64,000 bases of DNA from Amphiscolops sp. MND2022 (lineage: Eukaryota). Location: assembly GCA_964187785.1 (NCBI GenBank), contig OZ076410.1, forward strand, positions 23,746,001 through 23,810,000, given 5' to 3'. The translations under genes and the position numbers were made by a program. The notes under the pieces were generated by a model, which was given only the letters and a program-made list of their open reading frames with translations, did not search any database and was not told where the DNA came from. Below, piece after piece: positions 62,824 to 64,000 of this stretch (its first letter is position 1; each line of letters starts with the position of its first letter).

Positions 62824-63275
62824 TGAATATTTTGATGATACGGACTGCTCGCAATACTCGTAAAAATCACACGCATTTTTCTCACGCAATGCCTCTTGTG
62901 TCTGTCCATCTGGGGTTCAAATGTGTTTGAAACTCACAGGCACCATGTCAGCATTCTTCTTGTATAAGTAAGATGAACTGTTGTTGTTCTGAGCTTTGTT
63001 ATTCGAGCCTAACAGGCTGACGCCGCCTTATTGAAACCGGTCAAAAGGCTTAGGTTGCCTGGACTACAGAGAATAGTCTAGCATAGTCTATACACAAACC
63101 TAAACACTAGTTTTTCTCCCAAAGACGATATCTTGGGGGACATTTCTAACGTCGAGAAGGCTCCTCATTATAGAGCTCCATGGCGACAAGCCGGCACACT
63201 CAAAATCCAGACACGTCCCACAAGCACGTAATACAGGTTTCTAACGTAGCTGAGACTTCCTACAAACTTCCGAGG
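62824..63275 (-). pseudogene. Paralogue of the 31730-32704 pseudogene block, without the MITE
   Basis: Colinear similarity of roughly three quarters of bases by eye; empty MITE site at ~63050. Confidence 0.6.
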
Positions 63276-64000
63276 TCTATTAACCGCAGTTAACTAATTC
63301 ACACTATTGTAGGTAAATGCGATGAAAATGAAAGATCTAGCAGATCATACATTTCCAAATACCTGAAAATCAAAAAGAAGACGCAGACTTATCAGCTAAA
63401 CATTGAAATGAGGTCTCATCAAGTTTTCGACCTTCGGAATAATCCATGCAAAAGCTGAGTAGGTCTTGTATCGAAATTTGGGGGCGTTCGCATTCTTTGG
63501 CTAATTCGCTGGTGATACCGAAATACCGGACCTTTCTGCGCGTTCTTTCGCACGATATGGCACTACTCGGGGTTTTTTGCATCGTACACGGGTAATGGGT
63601 TCTTTCTTTTCTTTCGGCTCGGGTGCTCTTGCCAATTTTCCAGACTGATTTTGTATACCTGCCAAATCCGCTATTTTTTAAATGCGATACTTCGAGTTTT
63701 TCACCTGTTTCTGGCATGTGTTGTTCTGTCCCCTAGCTGGCGGACGTTTTATTGTGAAAGTTCTGGAAAACTTCGCAATAGGAAAGTCTTTGTGCTCATG
63801 AAAGGATGTTTCTCAACTGGAAATGTTTAGAGCAAAAGAAATTGCCAACTTCAATGGCCAATAATTTGAAATAAAATCGCGGAAGACACTTTTTGATATC
63901 ATGCCGTTTTGTAATTCAGATGGAAATTCGATATATCTAACGATTAGTTTTAAAACTTAGGACCACTCAGTGTGAGTCTGGATCATTTTCTGGTAATTTG

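Noticed and set aside
63370-63717. 115-aa minus-strand ORF
   Set aside because: No recognisable motif and no counterpart next to the first paralogous block; left unannotated.

Overview
AT-rich, intron-containing animal (invertebrate-like) genomic DNA dominated by transposons and decayed genes; the organism cannot be fixed from sequence alone. (1) 1-6.7 kb: a minus-strand, partly disrupted gene cluster encoding an SGNH-hydrolase-like protein, an RPA70-like multi-OB-fold protein and an OTU protease + PHD finger protein that runs off the window start. It is most consistent with the 5' part of a large Helitron/Helentron-type element. One palindromic motif (GCCGAG-N4/5-CTCATGCC) recurs upstream of every gene. 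(2) 7-26 kb: MITE-like repeats, a Helitron-type terminus, LRR pseudogene remnants damaged by fold-back inverted repeats (one is a ~1.15 kb zero-spacer palindrome centred at 16127/16128), a decayed Tc1 element and a Gypsy integrase scrap. (3) 27.2-31.0 kb: an apparently intact 5-exon GT29 (ST3Gal-like) sialyltransferase, 386 aa. (4) 39.8-48.4 kb: a paralogue with exons 1, 2 and 4 only; its intron holds a MITE interrupted by a full-length Gypsy element (232-bp LTRs, 1 mismatch, TSD CAGAT, RT motif WLDD). (5) 49.5-62.7 kb: a second Gypsy element with ~1.35 kb LTRs that contain the start of gag, plus about 5 kb of extra 3' sequence carrying two antisense ORFs, tandem repeats and a 351-aa sense ORF. 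All comparisons were made by eye; no database searches were run.
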